Positions 43,821 through 54,153 of a stretch of DNA of 64,000 nt are shown here, piece by piece (positions within the stretch are counted from its first letter, which is position 1; every line of letters begins with the position of its first letter). Below the pieces are notes generated by a model. It searched no databases. It worked only from the letters and a program-made list of their open reading frames with translations, and was not told the origin of the DNA. Source of the DNA: Pedosphaera sp. (GTDB lineage: Bacteria; Verrucomicrobiota; Verrucomicrobiia; Limisphaerales; UBA1096); the NCBI GenBank assembly GCA_022451065.1, contig JAKUOU010000020.1, positions 9,349 through 73,348 on the forward strand. The letters are read 5' to 3'. The translations under genes were made by a program, and so were the position numbers.

Positions 43821-43849
43821 GGCCAAGGGGCATTGCCGCCCCCGGGGCC
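43821..43849 (-). terminator. GC-rich hairpin just after rplL (possible attenuator/processing site before rpoB)
   Basis: On the minus strand: GGCCCCGGGG-9 nt-CCCCUUGGCC (4+4 bp with a 2x2 internal mismatch), 8 nt after the rplL stop. One arm is a copy of the TTGGCCAAG word. There is no U-run. Confidence 0.3.
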
Positions 43850-43857
43850 AAATGCTG

Positions 43858-44241
43858 TTACTTGAGTTCGACGGCTGCGCCAGCCTCCTCAAGTTTTGCC
43901 TTGGCGGCTTCGGCCTCATCCTTGGGCACGCCTTCCAAGACCGGTGTCGGGGCACCTTCAACCAGACCCTTCGCCTCGGCCAAGCCCAAACCGGTCTTGA
44001 CAGCACGTACGGCCTTGATGACCTGAATTTTCTTGCCGCCGTCACTCACCAGGACGACATCAAACTCAGTTTTCTCCTCAGCCGGGCCGGCATCCGCGCT
44101 TTCACCACCGCCTGCAGCCGCAACCGCAACCGGGGCAGCAGCACTGACACCCCATTTTTCTTCCAGTTCCTTGACCAGTTCGGCGGCCTCAAGGACCGTC
44201 AAACCGCTCAACTGTTCCACTATTTTTGCTATGTCTGCCAT
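43858..44241 (-). CDS. rplL: 50S ribosomal protein L7/L12
   Basis: [32 protein letters not shown].., Ala/Glu-rich hinge. Confidence 0.95.
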   Translation of the reverse strand: MADIAKIVEQLSGLTVLEAAELVKELEEKWGVSAAAPVAVAAAGGGESADAGPAEEKTEFDVVLVSDGGKKIQVIKAVRAVKTGLGLAEAKGLVEGAPTPVLEGVPKDEAEAAKAKLEEAGAAVELK

Positions 44242-44360
44242 TGTTTTATTAGTTTCTTCGCCCCCGGAGCCCCGGGGATTTAAGTGCGCAGACCGCGCAC
44301 CGACGAGTTACTGTTGTTTTATCCTCCACGGCTTTGTGCGTGGAAAAAATCCAAATTTAA

Positions 44361-44876
44361 TCATGCTTCGTTTTCGCTAAACTTGGCCCGGACAATCCTT
44401 GCCAGGCTCGCGCCTGGCTCAGCTAAGGTCCTTACCAGTTGTCCCGCTGGTGCTTGCAACGTGCCAAGTAGCTTGGCCCGCATCCCGTCCAGCGACGGCA
44501 AGTCGGCCAGCATCTTGATCTGGTCCGCGTCGAGCCGGTCATTGTCAAGAAAACCAAAATGCCACTCTAACTTGTCAAATTCTGCTCTGAAATTCTTCAG
44601 CATTTTTGCCGCGCCGGCGATCTCCCCCTCGCCGGTGACCGCCGCTAGTTGGCCTGTCAGCGCTTGACCAAGGTCTTGGATCCCGGCTTCCTTGGCCGCT
44701 GCCTTAAATATAGAGTTCTTGAAGACATGCACCTCAGCACCAGCACCGGCTAGGCGATTACGCAATTCCTCAAACTGGGCGACCTTCAACCCCTCGTAAT
44801 TCACCACGATGAAGTAAGGGCTAGCGTTCAGTCGTTCGACGTACTCTTTTGTAATTAGCTTCTTTTCTTCACGCAT
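44361..44876 (-). CDS. rplJ: 50S ribosomal protein L10
   Basis: Position between rplA and rplL. 171 aa with the L10 fold pattern (..YFIVVNYEGLKVAQFEELR..). Confidence 0.9.
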   Translation of the reverse strand: MREEKKLITKEYVERLNASPYFIVVNYEGLKVAQFEELRNRLAGAGAEVHVFKNSIFKAAAKEAGIQDLGQALTGQLAAVTGEGEIAGAAKMLKNFRAEFDKLEWHFGFLDNDRLDADQIKMLADLPSLDGMRAKLLGTLQAPAGQLVRTLAEPGASLARIVRAKFSENEA

Positions 44877-44898
44877 CTGTCTTCCTTTCGTTTCCAGG

Positions 44899-45606
44899 TC
44901 AGGCGGCCTTCAGGATTTCACGCAAATCCAGCGGTATCCCTGGACTCATGGTTGAGGAAAGCACGCAGTTTTCGATGTAACGGCCCTTAGCCGCGGACGG
45001 CTTGGCTTTAAGGATCGCGTCAATTATTGTATGTGCATTTTCCACAATCTGTTCCGGCTTGAAGGAAATCTTCCCTGCTAGCACCTGAACATTTGCTCCC
45101 TTGTCGAGTTTATACTCCACACGACCAGCCTTAACCTCCTGAACGGCCTTGGCGGTGTCATCTGTGACAGTACCGACCTTGGGGTTAGGCATCAGCCCGC
45201 GAGGCCCGAGAACCCGGCCCAGTTTGCGCACCTCGCCCATGGCCTCAGGAGTGGCTATGGCCACGTCGAAACCAGTCCAGCCGCTGGTCACTTTCTCGAT
45301 GTATTCCTCAAAGCCAACGAATTCCGCACCGGCCTCCTTGGCGGCTTCCACCGCACCGACTTCCTTGGCAAAAACAAGGACCTTTACCTCCTTGCCACTC
45401 CCGTGAGGCAAGCGCACGGTACCTCGGATCATCTGATCCGTCTTGCGCGGGTCGATGGTCATCTTGAATGCCAGCTCGACCGACTCGTCAAACTTGGCCT
45501 TGGGGAACTTGCTAACCAAGTCGGCCGCCTCGGCAACGGAGTATCGTTTGCCGGGCTCCACCAGTTCCAGTGCTTTCTTGTATCGCTTACTTATTTTTCT
45601 GGGCAT
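44899..45606 (-). CDS. rplA: 50S ribosomal protein L1
   Basis: KRYKKA.., LPHGSGK, and LGPRGLMPNPK motifs. Confidence 0.95.
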   Translation of the reverse strand: MPRKISKRYKKALELVEPGKRYSVAEAADLVSKFPKAKFDESVELAFKMTIDPRKTDQMIRGTVRLPHGSGKEVKVLVFAKEVGAVEAAKEAGAEFVGFEEYIEKVTSGWTGFDVAIATPEAMGEVRKLGRVLGPRGLMPNPKVGTVTDDTAKAVQEVKAGRVEYKLDKGANVQVLAGKISFKPEQIVENAHTIIDAILKAKPSAAKGRYIENCVLSSTMSPGIPLDLREILKAA

Positions 45607-45655
45607 TGTCTTGCGCGCGGTGCAACCGGGCCGCGAGGCCCTCCCGCTTTTGTGA

Positions 45656-46081
45656 TTAATTCACGACCTCAAGCCCCATTGATCGGGCGGTGCCAGCGAT
45701 CATGTTAGCAGCCATCTCCGGGTCGCGGGCATTCAAATCCTCCTTCTTGGCCTCGACGATCTCGAGCAACTGGGCCTTGGTCACCTTACCGACCTTGGTC
45801 TTGTTCGGTTCACCCGAGCCTGAGGCGATTCCCGCCGCCTTTTTCAGCAGCACCGCCGCAGGTGGCGATTTGGTGATAAAACTGAATGACTTGTCACTAT
45901 AAACCGTGATCACCACCGGGATAATCAGGCCGGCCTTGTCCTTAGTCACCGCGTTGTATTGCTTGCAGAATTCCATGATGTTCACGCCCTGTTGGCCAAG
46001 GGCGGGGCCAACCGGCGGGGCGGGGTTCGCCTGGCCCGCCGGGATCTGCAACTTAATGTAGCCTGAAATTTTCTTTGCCAT
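45656..46081 (-). CDS. rplK: 50S ribosomal protein L11
   Basis: [32 protein letters not shown] motif. Confidence 0.95.
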   Translation of the reverse strand: MAKKISGYIKLQIPAGQANPAPPVGPALGQQGVNIMEFCKQYNAVTKDKAGLIIPVVITVYSDKSFSFITKSPPAAVLLKKAAGIASGSGEPNKTKVGKVTKAQLLEIVEAKKEDLNARDPEMAANMIAGTARSMGLEVVN

Positions 46082-46113
46082 TGTTCTTTTTATCTACCTT
46101 TTATAAAACTTGC

Positions 46114-46127
46114 CGCTTGGCCAAGCG
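46114..46127. repeat. perfect 14-mer palindrome CGCTTGGCCAAGCG (nusG-rplK spacer)
   Basis: Read directly from the sequence. It lies 8 nt after the nusG stop and 32 nt before the rplK ATG. Confidence 0.95.
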
Positions 46128-46135
46128 CTCCGCGC

Positions 46136-46684
46136 CTAGCCCTTGTCGACCTCCCAATATTCGACATCCACCGGTGTGTTCCGACCGAAAATATTGACGG
46201 TCACCTTGAGTCTCCCCTTTTCAGGATCAACTTCCTCCACGATACCGTTGTTCCCCTCAAACGCGCCGTGGTTTATTTTTACGGTTTCACCCACTTCAAA
46301 CTCAACCTTGGGCCGCTCCAAATCCTCGGAGTCGGCGATTCGGTTCTTGATGTCCTCGATTTCGGCATCCGGGGTCGGTTCCGGCTGGTCGCCTCCAACA
46401 AACCCAATCGCCCCCGGCGTGTCCTTGATAAAGTTCATCGGCTCAGAGATGATCTTATGATCCTCATCTCGAAGTCGAATATGAATGAACACGTAGCCCG
46501 GGAAGAGCTTTTTTGTGGACACCTTCTTCTCGCCGCCGCGCACATCTACCACCTTCTCCTTGGCCATGAACACCTCGTTGATATTCTCACCCATCTCCTC
46601 CACACCAATGCGCTTACTGATGCTGTCGAGCACCTTTTGTTCCTGCCCAGATAAAGTATGAATGATGAACCACTCGTATGCCAT
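46136..46684 (-). CDS. nusG: transcription termination/antitermination factor NusG
   Basis: WFIIHTLSGQEQKV (NGN domain) and a C-terminal KOW domain (GETVKINHGAFEGNNGIVEEVD). Confidence 0.92.
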   Translation of the reverse strand: MAYEWFIIHTLSGQEQKVLDSISKRIGVEEMGENINEVFMAKEKVVDVRGGEKKVSTKKLFPGYVFIHIRLRDEDHKIISEPMNFIKDTPGAIGFVGGDQPEPTPDAEIEDIKNRIADSEDLERPKVEFEVGETVKINHGAFEGNNGIVEEVDPEKGRLKVTVNIFGRNTPVDVEYWEVDKG

Positions 46685-46695
46685 AACGGGTCAAC

Positions 46696-47079
46696 TCAGC
46701 CTGCGCCACCACCACCAAGCCATTTCAGGAGGAAATCCTGAATCAGAAGGCCACCTAGGAGCCAATCTGCGAGAAACGTAAACGTACCCAGCATCGCCAC
46801 CGCCGTGAGCACCATCCAGGTGGAGCCACGGAGTTCCTCGCGATTAGGCCAGGAGCACTTCAACAATTCCTCACGGGTCTGCAAAAAGAAAACACGGATG
46901 CGATCGAGCCAGCCAAGCTTCTTGGCGATCACCAGAATAACCAGGAGAACAACTCCCCCGATGATCCAGTCAAGTGGCAGCGGACTACCCATCGCCGAGC
47001 CGGTATCAGGCTGCCCCGCCGATTGCTCCACGGCTGCGGTTGGCTGAACCGCGCCTGAATTACTGTTGGTTTCTTCCAT
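46696..47079 (-). CDS. secE: preprotein translocase subunit SecE (extended N-terminus)
   Basis: Position immediately upstream of nusG. The C-terminal LLKCSWPNREEL..TFLADW region is SecE-like. The low-complexity N-terminal 40 aa is lineage specific. Confidence 0.75.
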   Translation of the reverse strand: MEETNSNSGAVQPTAAVEQSAGQPDTGSAMGSPLPLDWIIGGVVLLVILVIAKKLGWLDRIRVFFLQTREELLKCSWPNREELRGSTWMVLTAVAMLGTFTFLADWLLGGLLIQDFLLKWLGGGGAG

Positions 47080-47114
47080 TAGCGAACTTTCTTTTTTTCA
47101 GTTCTCCCGGAACT

Positions 47115-47202
47115 TGGCGGAGGGGGAGGGATTCGAACCCCCGGAAGCTTGCGCTTCAACGGTTTTCAAGACCGCCGCATTCGACCACTCTGCCACCCCT
47201 CC
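47115..47202 (-). tRNA. tRNA-Ser (anticodon UGA)
   Basis: The minus-strand sequence is GGAGGGG UG GCAG..; anticodon stem-loop GCGGU-CUUGAAA-ACCGU; long variable arm; T-arm GGGGGTTCGAATCCCTC; encoded CCA. 88 nt. Confidence 0.85.
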
Positions 47203-47227
47203 GGTCTGGGGTTGGTTTAAACTTGAT

Positions 47228-47303
<76 letters not shown>

Positions 47304-47362
47304 ACTCAGGGTTCACATCCATTCCCGTGTGCGGCTCCATGCCCCACCCGCAAAAAACGAAA

Positions 47363-48550
47363 TCACTCTACAACCTCGGCCACACGGCCTGAGCCAATCG
47401 TTCGGCCACCCTCGCGAATGGCAAAAGTCAACCCCTGCTCCATCGCGACTGGCTTGCCCAATTCCACCGAGACCGTCACGCGATCCCCAGGCATCACCAT
47501 CTCAATGTTGTCCTCGAGGGTTAATGATCCAGTCACATCAGTCGTTCTAAAATAGAACTGCGGACGGTAATTGGTAAAGAACGGCGTGTGCCTTCCGCCT
47601 TCCTCTTTGGTCAGCACATAGACCTCGCCCTTGAACTTGGTATGCGGCTGGATCGTGCCGGGCTTTGACAATACCTGCCCGCGTTCCACTTGATCCTTCT
47701 TGATACCTCGCAAAAGCACTCCCACATTCTCGCCAGCACGAGCTTCGCCGAGCAGCTTGCGAAACATTTCCAGATCCGTCGCAACAGTTTTCTGGATATC
47801 TCGCAATCCAACAATCTCGACTTCATCCATCTTTTTAATGATGCCTCGCTCCACACGGCCGGTCACCACGGTGCCACGGCCTTCGATGCTAAACACGTCC
47901 TCGATGCACATCAGGAACGGCTTGTCCTCTTCGCGAACCGGGTCAGGAATGCCGCTATCACAGGCCTCCAGCAGCTGGGCAATGGACTCCACCCACTTCT
48001 CCTCGCCGTTCATGGCTCCCATGGAGCTGGACTGTACAATCGGGGTTTCCTTGTCGAAATCGTATTTCTCCAGTAGGTCCTTAATCTCCTCCTCGACGAG
48101 CATCAGCATCTCCTCGTCTTCGACCAAGTCACACTTGTTTAAGCAAACCACGATGGCGGGAACACCTACCTGCTTGGCCAACAAAACGTGCTCCTTTGTC
48201 TGGGGCATCGGGCCTTGTGAGGCATCCACCACAAGAATGGCGCCGTCCATCTGCGCAGCTCCAGTGATCATATTTTTCACGTAGTCGGCATGGCCCGGAC
48301 AGTCAACGTGAGCGTAGTGACGCTTCTCACTCTCATACTCCACATGCGACACTGCGATGGTCACCGTCTTTGATTCATCTCGGACAGTACCGCCCTTGGT
48401 GATGTCGGCATACGAAATAGGGGTCGCCAACCCCTTCTTGGACTGTACCTCCACGATGGCTGCTGTGAGGGTCGATTTACCGTGGTCAACATGACCAATG
48501 GTACCGATGTTTACATGGGGTTTTCCGCGTTGGAACTCTTCTTTTGCCAT
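47363..48550 (-). CDS. tuf: elongation factor Tu
   Basis: [17 protein letters not shown], and NKCD boxes. 395 aa. Confidence 0.97.
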   Translation of the reverse strand: MAKEEFQRGKPHVNIGTIGHVDHGKSTLTAAIVEVQSKKGLATPISYADITKGGTVRDESKTVTIAVSHVEYESEKRHYAHVDCPGHADYVKNMITGAAQMDGAILVVDASQGPMPQTKEHVLLAKQVGVPAIVVCLNKCDLVEDEEMLMLVEEEIKDLLEKYDFDKETPIVQSSSMGAMNGEEKWVESIAQLLEACDSGIPDPVREEDKPFLMCIEDVFSIEGRGTVVTGRVERGIIKKMDEVEIVGLRDIQKTVATDLEMFRKLLGEARAGENVGVLLRGIKKDQVERGQVLSKPGTIQPHTKFKGEVYVLTKEEGGRHTPFFTNYRPQFYFRTTDVTGSLTLEDNIEMVMPGDRVTVSVELGKPVAMEQGLTFAIREGGRTIGSGRVAEVVE

Positions 48551-48616
48551 TCGATTTTTTCTATTTGGTTGGTTCGTTCTATCTACTACTGAACAAATTC
48601 ATTCCTCACCCCTAGA

Positions 48617-48692
48617 TGGAGCCCATGACCAGGATTGAACTGGTGACCTCATCCTTACCAAGGATGTGCTCTACCAACTGAGCTACATGGGC
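48617..48692 (-). tRNA. tRNA-Thr (anticodon GGU)
   Basis: GCCCATG-TA-GCTC-AGTTGGTA-GAGC-A-CATCC-TTGGTAA-GGATG-AGGTC-ACCAG-TTCAATC-CTGGT-CATGGGC-T-CCA. 76 nt. Confidence 0.9.
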
Positions 48693-48823
48693 ATCGGGCG
48701 ATAGGGCCGTCTGCCAGTTCAAGCCCGCCTGAAACATCAATAACCCGCTGCCCCCAATTGCATCTTGTAAGCAACTGGAGGCCAATGAGTTAGCGATTAT
48801 TCTGCGCCCCAAAAGGGAAGGGA

Positions 48824-48852
48824 ATTTAGTAGCTCGACGTCCCCCAGTCAAC
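48824..48852 (-). promoter_or_regulatory. candidate sigma70-type promoter for the tRNA-Thr/tuf block
   Basis: On the minus strand: TTGACT-17 nt-TAAATT, preceded by an A/T-rich stretch (AAAACAAAAAAATCG). It sits about 125 nt upstream of the tRNA-Thr 5' end. This is a pattern match only. Confidence 0.3.
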
Positions 48853-48881
48853 GATTTTTTTGTTTTCCTGCAAAAAATCGC

Positions 48882-49880
48882 TCATACGGGCTTTTTGATG
48901 TTCACCCAGGCGTGGACATGGGGATCCCCCCGGAAAAACCACAGGCAGTTCGGGCCTTCAATCTGCCAGACATCCCAAACCTTGTCGTTCCCGATGTCAT
49001 GATTCTTGAAAAAAGCCAGATGCAGATGCTCAAAACCACCCGCATCGACCATTTTCAACGCCTCTTTGGCGTCCTTTTCGCGGAACATCGCCAGCAAATC
49101 AGCCATGGTCTTGCGCACTTGGCCCTGTTGGTCGCTGCTGAGCTCTGACATAGGGATCCCCGGCAGCCCATCTTTTTGACCAGTCAACGCCACGGTCTTG
49201 GTGCCCTGCTCCGGCCGGCTTTTGCCTAATAGCGCCATTTTCCGCTGTTTTCCATCCATCATGGCAAACACCTTGTTCGCCTGCTTGGCCTGATACCAAT
49301 AGACATTGCCAGGATGATCCGGGGCCTCATTGAAGCTTCGAGCAGCATGGCCGTAAAAGATCGGACCGCCGAACGCCTCTCCATCGACGGCATCGCCATC
49401 ACAGCGGCGCGTGCAGTGGCGACCAGTCAACACAAACTCAAACTTCCCGGTATTCGGCTGGCCGAACAACGCCACGGAGGTGCTCTCAAATCCATCGCCC
49501 TCGGAGTCGTGCAACACTTGGCCAAGGACGGTCTCGGCATATTGCTCGCTGTGCAGCTTGAGAAATATCTCCTTCACCAATGCCTGTTGCTCCCCTGTAA
49601 AAATCTCGCCGATGCTCTTTTTGGTGATGTTCCAGTTATTGTCGACCTTTTCGCGCAATGGATGGTCGAATGGAAACGCCACGACTTTCTTCTGGTTTTC
49701 ATTGAGGCTGCCGAATAACTGGGCCACCAGTGTCTCGGAGTTGGTCTTCTTCTTTTTCGCTGCTTTGCCAAGCGGCGCCGCGGCCAGGGCGGCCGAGCCA
49801 AGCGCGGCGGTCTTCACAAAATGCCTACGATCTATCGTCGTCGGGCAAACCGGGCATTCTTTTGGGTTTTCGATTTTCAT
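48882..49880 (-). CDS. Tat-signal secreted protein of unknown function (possibly DUF3500-like)
   Basis: The ORF runs to 50033, but the probable start is MKIENPKECPVCPTTIDRRHFVKTAALGSAALAAA (twin-arginine signal). I recognise no catalytic motif. Confidence 0.45.
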   Translation of the reverse strand: MKIENPKECPVCPTTIDRRHFVKTAALGSAALAAAPLGKAAKKKKTNSETLVAQLFGSLNENQKKVVAFPFDHPLREKVDNNWNITKKSIGEIFTGEQQALVKEIFLKLHSEQYAETVLGQVLHDSEGDGFESTSVALFGQPNTGKFEFVLTGRHCTRRCDGDAVDGEAFGGPIFYGHAARSFNEAPDHPGNVYWYQAKQANKVFAMMDGKQRKMALLGKSRPEQGTKTVALTGQKDGLPGIPMSELSSDQQGQVRKTMADLLAMFREKDAKEALKMVDAGGFEHLHLAFFKNHDIGNDKVWDVWQIEGPNCLWFFRGDPHVHAWVNIKKPV

Positions 49881-50044
49881 GGCACTTTTAATGGTGAATC
49901 TTCGCACCGCGGAAACTCGCACATCCTTTGGCCAAGTCAACCCGGAATTGTCCCGCTTGTCCAAGCGGACATTTTCCTGTTTGCGCCGTTGGCTGGCAAT
50001 GGCACACTCCGCAGCCCGTTTCACGGCTTGCAAGGATCAATTAA

Positions 50045-51205
50045 ATGGACAAGGTACGCATAGGTATTATCGGCTTGGGTAATATTGGGCAAATTCACGT
50101 CAACAATTTGTTGGAGAGTAAGGTTCCACGCGGTGTTTTGACAGCGGTGGGGGATGCGTTTCCGGACAAACTGCCAGAGTATGAGGCCAAGGGGCTGAAG
50201 ACATTTGACAGCGGCGAGGCGCTCATTGGCTCGGGCGAGATTGATGCGTTGATAGTTGCCACTCCGCATTTTCAGCACACCACTCTCGGCATCGCGGCGC
50301 TGGAGGCCGGCCTACATGTGATGGTGGAAAAACCGATCTCCGCCCACAAGGCTGATGCCGAGCGCCTTATCGCGGCGGCCAACGCGCGGCCGGAGTTAAC
50401 GTTCTCCGGCATGTTCCAAATGCGAGTGGAGCCGCGCTACCAAAAACTGCGCAAACTAGTTCGGGACGGCGAACTGGGCGACTTGATACGCGTGATTTGG
50501 ATCATGACCGACTGGTTCCGGGCTGAGGCGTATTATCAAAGCAGCGACTGGCGCGCCACGTGGAAGGGCGAAGGCGGCGGCGTACTACTCAACCAATGCC
50601 TTCATCAGCTAGATGCCCTGCAATGGATTGTCGGCATGCCATCCAAGGTGCAAAGCCATGTCGGAATCGGCAGACATCACGACATCGAGGTGGAGGATGA
50701 CGTGACCTGCTACATGGAATATGCCAACGGCGCGAACGGCGCATTCATCACCTCCACCGGCGAAACGCCCGGAAGCAACCGGTTCGAGATCGCCGGCACA
50801 AAGGGCCGCGCCCTGCTGGAAAACGACCGGTTAATCGTGACCCGCAACGAGGTCGCCTCCGACGAATGGAGCCGCACATCCAAGATCGGCTTCAAGCAAC
50901 CGGAGAGCACCGTCGAGGAAATCCCGATCCCCGGCGCGGACAACGCCCACGCGCAGCTCATCGCCAACTTCGTCAACGCCATCCTGGACGGCGAAGCCCT
51001 CATCGCCCCCGGCGCGAGCGGCATCGGCTCCGTCGAGTTGGCCAACGTGATGGTCTACTCCGGCCTGCTTGGCCAAGCGGTCGACCTGCCCATGGACAGT
51101 GCCGCGTGGGAGTCCAAGCTAAACGAGTTGATCGCCAGCTCCACCCACGAAAAGAAAACCGTCGAGGTCAGCAACGAAGATTTCAGCGCAAGTTTTCGCA
51201 AATAA
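50045..51205 (+). CDS. Gfo/Idh/MocA family oxidoreductase
   Basis: RIGIIGLGNIGQIH Rossmann motif. EKP motif (VMVEKPIS). Confidence 0.85.
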   Translation: MDKVRIGIIGLGNIGQIHVNNLLESKVPRGVLTAVGDAFPDKLPEYEAKGLKTFDSGEALIGSGEIDALIVATPHFQHTTLGIAALEAGLHVMVEKPISAHKADAERLIAAANARPELTFSGMFQMRVEPRYQKLRKLVRDGELGDLIRVIWIMTDWFRAEAYYQSSDWRATWKGEGGGVLLNQCLHQLDALQWIVGMPSKVQSHVGIGRHHDIEVEDDVTCYMEYANGANGAFITSTGETPGSNRFEIAGTKGRALLENDRLIVTRNEVASDEWSRTSKIGFKQPESTVEEIPIPGADNAHAQLIANFVNAILDGEALIAPGASGIGSVELANVMVYSGLLGQAVDLPMDSAAWESKLNELIASSTHEKKTVEVSNEDFSASFRK

Positions 51206-51223
51206 TCTAAAGGAAGGACAAAC

Positions 51224-52117
51224 ATGGAACTAATGGGAATCGCAGACGAGGCATCACCCTCAATAGACGGCCAAATCCGGGCCACAAAAGAGCTCGGCTG
51301 GAAATGGATCGAGGCCCGGTTCGCCGAAGTCGATGGATTCGAGAAAGGCCCCGTCCACGACATACCGGACGAGGCCTTCGACATCATGGCCGCCAAACTC
51401 GAGGACGCCGGCGTCGGCATCTACGCACTCGGCTCCACCATCTGCAACTGGGCCAAGACCGTCGACAGCCCGTGGGATGTCACCGTCGGCGAAATCGACC
51501 GCGCCATCCCGCGCATGCAACGTCTCGGCACAAAATTCGTCCGCATCATGAGCTTCAAGCCAGCCGACGATGCCGACCAAACCCCGGACATCGTCTTTGA
51601 GCGACTGCGCGAGGTCACCCAGCGTTTCCTCGACGCCGGCCTGCAGCCGGTACACGAAAACTGCATGAACCACGGCGGCATGAGCTGGCAACATGGCGTT
51701 GAACTGCTCGAGAAAGTCCCCGGCCTCAAGTGGGTCTTCGACACCGCCAATCCCATCTTCAACGCCGACCGCTCCAAGCCACAGCCCTGGCCCAAGCAGG
51801 ATCCGTGGGAATACTGGCAACACGTCCGCGAACACACCGCGCACATCCACATCAAGGACTGCGTCTGGGTCGATGAAAAGGATGACGCCGACTACACTTT
51901 CCCGGGCGAAGGTGACGGACGCGTCCGCGACATCCTGTGTGACGCCTTGTCCAACGGCTACGACGCTGGCATCTCCATCGAGCCTCACATGGCTGTCGTC
52001 TTCCACGACACCAACATCGAAGCCAACGAGAACGACATGTTCAACAACTACGTCGAATACGGACGCCGGCTTGAGGTTCTCATCGAGGAGGTTAAATCCG
52101 CATTAAGCACCGAATAA
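51224..52117 (+). CDS. sugar phosphate isomerase/epimerase (xylose isomerase-like TIM barrel)
   Basis: AAGGAAGG RBS 8 nt upstream. About 297 aa with the pattern HENC..H..D..E typical of the AP endonuclease 2/xylose-isomerase-like fold. This is a common partner of Gfo/Idh/MocA genes. Confidence 0.6.
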   Translation: MELMGIADEASPSIDGQIRATKELGWKWIEARFAEVDGFEKGPVHDIPDEAFDIMAAKLEDAGVGIYALGSTICNWAKTVDSPWDVTVGEIDRAIPRMQRLGTKFVRIMSFKPADDADQTPDIVFERLREVTQRFLDAGLQPVHENCMNHGGMSWQHGVELLEKVPGLKWVFDTANPIFNADRSKPQPWPKQDPWEYWQHVREHTAHIHIKDCVWVDEKDDADYTFPGEGDGRVRDILCDALSNGYDAGISIEPHMAVVFHDTNIEANENDMFNNYVEYGRRLEVLIEEVKSALSTE

Positions 52118-52126
52118 TTCAATTTC

Positions 52127-52663
52127 ATGAAACACACACTGAGACGTTTTTTTTGTTTGGCGGGGGCTACTTTGATAGCCGTTGGGGTTCAGGCGGAGAA
52201 GTTTACTGCTGGGGGCATTTCGTTTGAAGGGCCGAATGGGTGGCAGACTCAAAAGCCGTCGTCGTCGATGCGAAAGGCGCAGTTCGTCGTCAAGGGTAAA
52301 GACGGCAAGACGGCGGAGGTGGTGTTCTTTCATTTCGGACCAGGCGCAGCAGGCGGGGTGCAAGCAAATGTGCAGCGTTGGCTGGGGCAATTCAAGGAAC
52401 CGACCGACAAACTCAAGGCGAAAATCAGCGACGAGACGATCGACGGCACGAAGGTCACCTACGTGACCGCCGAGGGTACCTTCATGAAAGGACCACCATT
52501 TGGTGGCAGTAAGGTGCCGGTGCCGGACAGCGGTCTGCTCGGGGCGATCATCGACGGAAAACAAGGAGCAGTGTTTATCAAGACCACCGGGCCCAAAGCC
52601 ATCGTCAAGTCCGCTGAGAAGGCCCTCAAAGCCATGATAAACATGGCTTTGAAAAAAAAGTAA
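52127..52663 (+). CDS. hypothetical secreted protein
   Basis: Signal peptide MKHTLRRFFCLAGATLIAVGVQA. No recognisable domain. It begins 9 nt after the preceding gene. Confidence 0.45.
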   Translation: MKHTLRRFFCLAGATLIAVGVQAEKFTAGGISFEGPNGWQTQKPSSSMRKAQFVVKGKDGKTAEVVFFHFGPGAAGGVQANVQRWLGQFKEPTDKLKAKISDETIDGTKVTYVTAEGTFMKGPPFGGSKVPVPDSGLLGAIIDGKQGAVFIKTTGPKAIVKSAEKALKAMINMALKKK

Positions 52664-52670
52664 TCAACGA

Positions 52671-52686
52671 CCAAGCGCTTGGCCAG
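52671..52686. repeat. permuted palindrome CCAAGCGCTTGG+CCAG between convergent genes
   Basis: Read directly from the sequence. It uses the same word centred on GCGC instead of GGCC. Confidence 0.9.
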
Positions 52687-52692
52687 ACGGTA

Positions 52693-54153
52693 TCAAGCTA
52701 ACAGACCTTTAATGACATTGCCGTGGACGTCGGTGAGGCGGCGTTGGATGCCGTTGTGGTAGAAGGTGAGCTTTTCGTGGTCTAGGCCGAGGAGGTGGAG
52801 CATGGTGGCGTGCAGGTCATGGAAGGGATGGATGTTTTCGGCCGCCTTGAATCCGAGTTCGTCGGTGGCGCCATGGCTGACGCCGGGTTTGATGCCGGCA
52901 CCGGTTAAAACGGCGGTGAAGCCACCGGGGTTATGGTCGCGGCCTTTGGCTCCTTTTTGGAACATGGGCATGCGGCCAAATTCGGTGCACCAAAGGATGA
53001 GGGTATCTTTCAGCAGACCGCGCTGTTTGAGATCCCGGATGAGGGCGGCTGAAGGTTGATCCATGATCGGGCCGTGGACGTCGTATTGCTCGCGTAACTT
53101 TTGGTGGCCGTCCCAATTCAATTGGCCGGCGGTGGCATAGGCTCCGTTGAAGAGTTGCACGAAGCGCACTCCTTTCTCGATCAGGCGACGGGCGAGGATG
53201 CAGTTCTTGGCATAGTCGGCCTTGACCTTGTTCTTGGAGTCATCAGCGCCGTACATGTTGAGGATGTGCTGTGGCTCGCTGGAGAGATCGCTGATCTCCG
53301 GAACGGATAACTGCATCCGGGCGGCCAGTTCGTAGCTGGCGATGCGGGCGAAGAGGTTGGCGTCTTTCGGATTGCGTTTGAGGTGCTGGTCGTTCAGCAG
53401 TTTCAACAGGTCGCGAGCGGCAACGTCGGTCTTCTTCGCGATGGATTTCGGCGGCTGCAGGTTTTGAATCGGTTGCTTGGAATTGAAGGGAGTGCCTTGG
53501 AAAACGGCGGGCAGGAATCCGGGGCCCCAATTGTTGACGCTGGCCTGCGGGACACCGCGTGGATCGGGAATGGCGACGAAGGCGGGCAGGTTTTCGTTTT
53601 CGGATCCGAGGGCATAGGTAATCCACGCTCCCATGCTGGGAAAACCATCGAGGGTGAAGCCGGTGGAGATGAAATTCTCAGCGGGACCGTGAGTATTCGA
53701 TTTGCTGGTTAGCGAATGGATGAAGGCGTAGTCATCGACCATGGAGGCAAGATGCGGGACCATGTCGGAGCACATCTTGCCGGTTTGGCCGTAAGGACGG
53801 AATTCGTACTGCGGCCGGGCCAGATTGCCGGATGGGCCTTGGAAAGTTACCGGCGGTCCGTTTTTCAACGGCTTCCCGTCGTGTTTGATCAATTCGGGTT
53901 TGTAGTCCCAAGTTTCCAACTGGCTGCAGGCGCCGGCGCAAAAGATGACCAATACGTTCTTGGCTTTGGCGGGGTAATGCGGTGAGCGCGCGGCGTGTGG
54001 CCGGCCTGGGTTGATCGCAGGCTGGTCGGCCAGAAGCCCCTGTTTGCTCAAGAGACTCGTGAGCGCGATGGCACCGAGACCGGTGGCCGATTGGCCGAGA
54101 AAATTGCGGCGATTCAGAAGACTCAGGGTATGGCTGGAAACGTCGTGTTTCAT
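52693..54153 (-). CDS. DUF1501 domain protein (Tat-exported, sulfatase-like fold)
   Basis: NRRNFLGQ Tat signal, [14 protein letters not shown] box, GRDHNPGGF, and [16 protein letters not shown]. The start overlaps the upstream stop as ATGA at 54150-54153. Confidence 0.8.
   Translation of the reverse strand: MKHDVSSHTLSLLNRRNFLGQSATGLGAIALTSLLSKQGLLADQPAINPGRPHAARSPHYPAKAKNVLVIFCAGACSQLETWDYKPELIKHDGKPLKNGPPVTFQGPSGNLARPQYEFRPYGQTGKMCSDMVPHLASMVDDYAFIHSLTSKSNTHGPAENFISTGFTLDGFPSMGAWITYALGSENENLPAFVAIPDPRGVPQASVNNWGPGFLPAVFQGTPFNSKQPIQNLQPPKSIAKKTDVAARDLLKLLNDQHLKRNPKDANLFARIASYELAARMQLSVPEISDLSSEPQHILNMYGADDSKNKVKADYAKNCILARRLIEKGVRFVQLFNGAYATAGQLNWDGHQKLREQYDVHGPIMDQPSAALIRDLKQRGLLKDTLILWCTEFGRMPMFQKGAKGRDHNPGGFTAVLTGAGIKPGVSHGATDELGFKAAENIHPFHDLHATMLHLLGLDHEKLTFYHNGIQRRLTDVHGNVIKGLLA

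Noticed and set aside
47115-47202. Whether the 88 nt long-arm tRNA could be tRNA-Sec.
   Set aside because: The anticodon loop reads CUUGAAA, so the anticodon is UGA (serine codon UCA), not UCA. The acceptor stem is the standard 7 bp. It is an ordinary tRNA-Ser.
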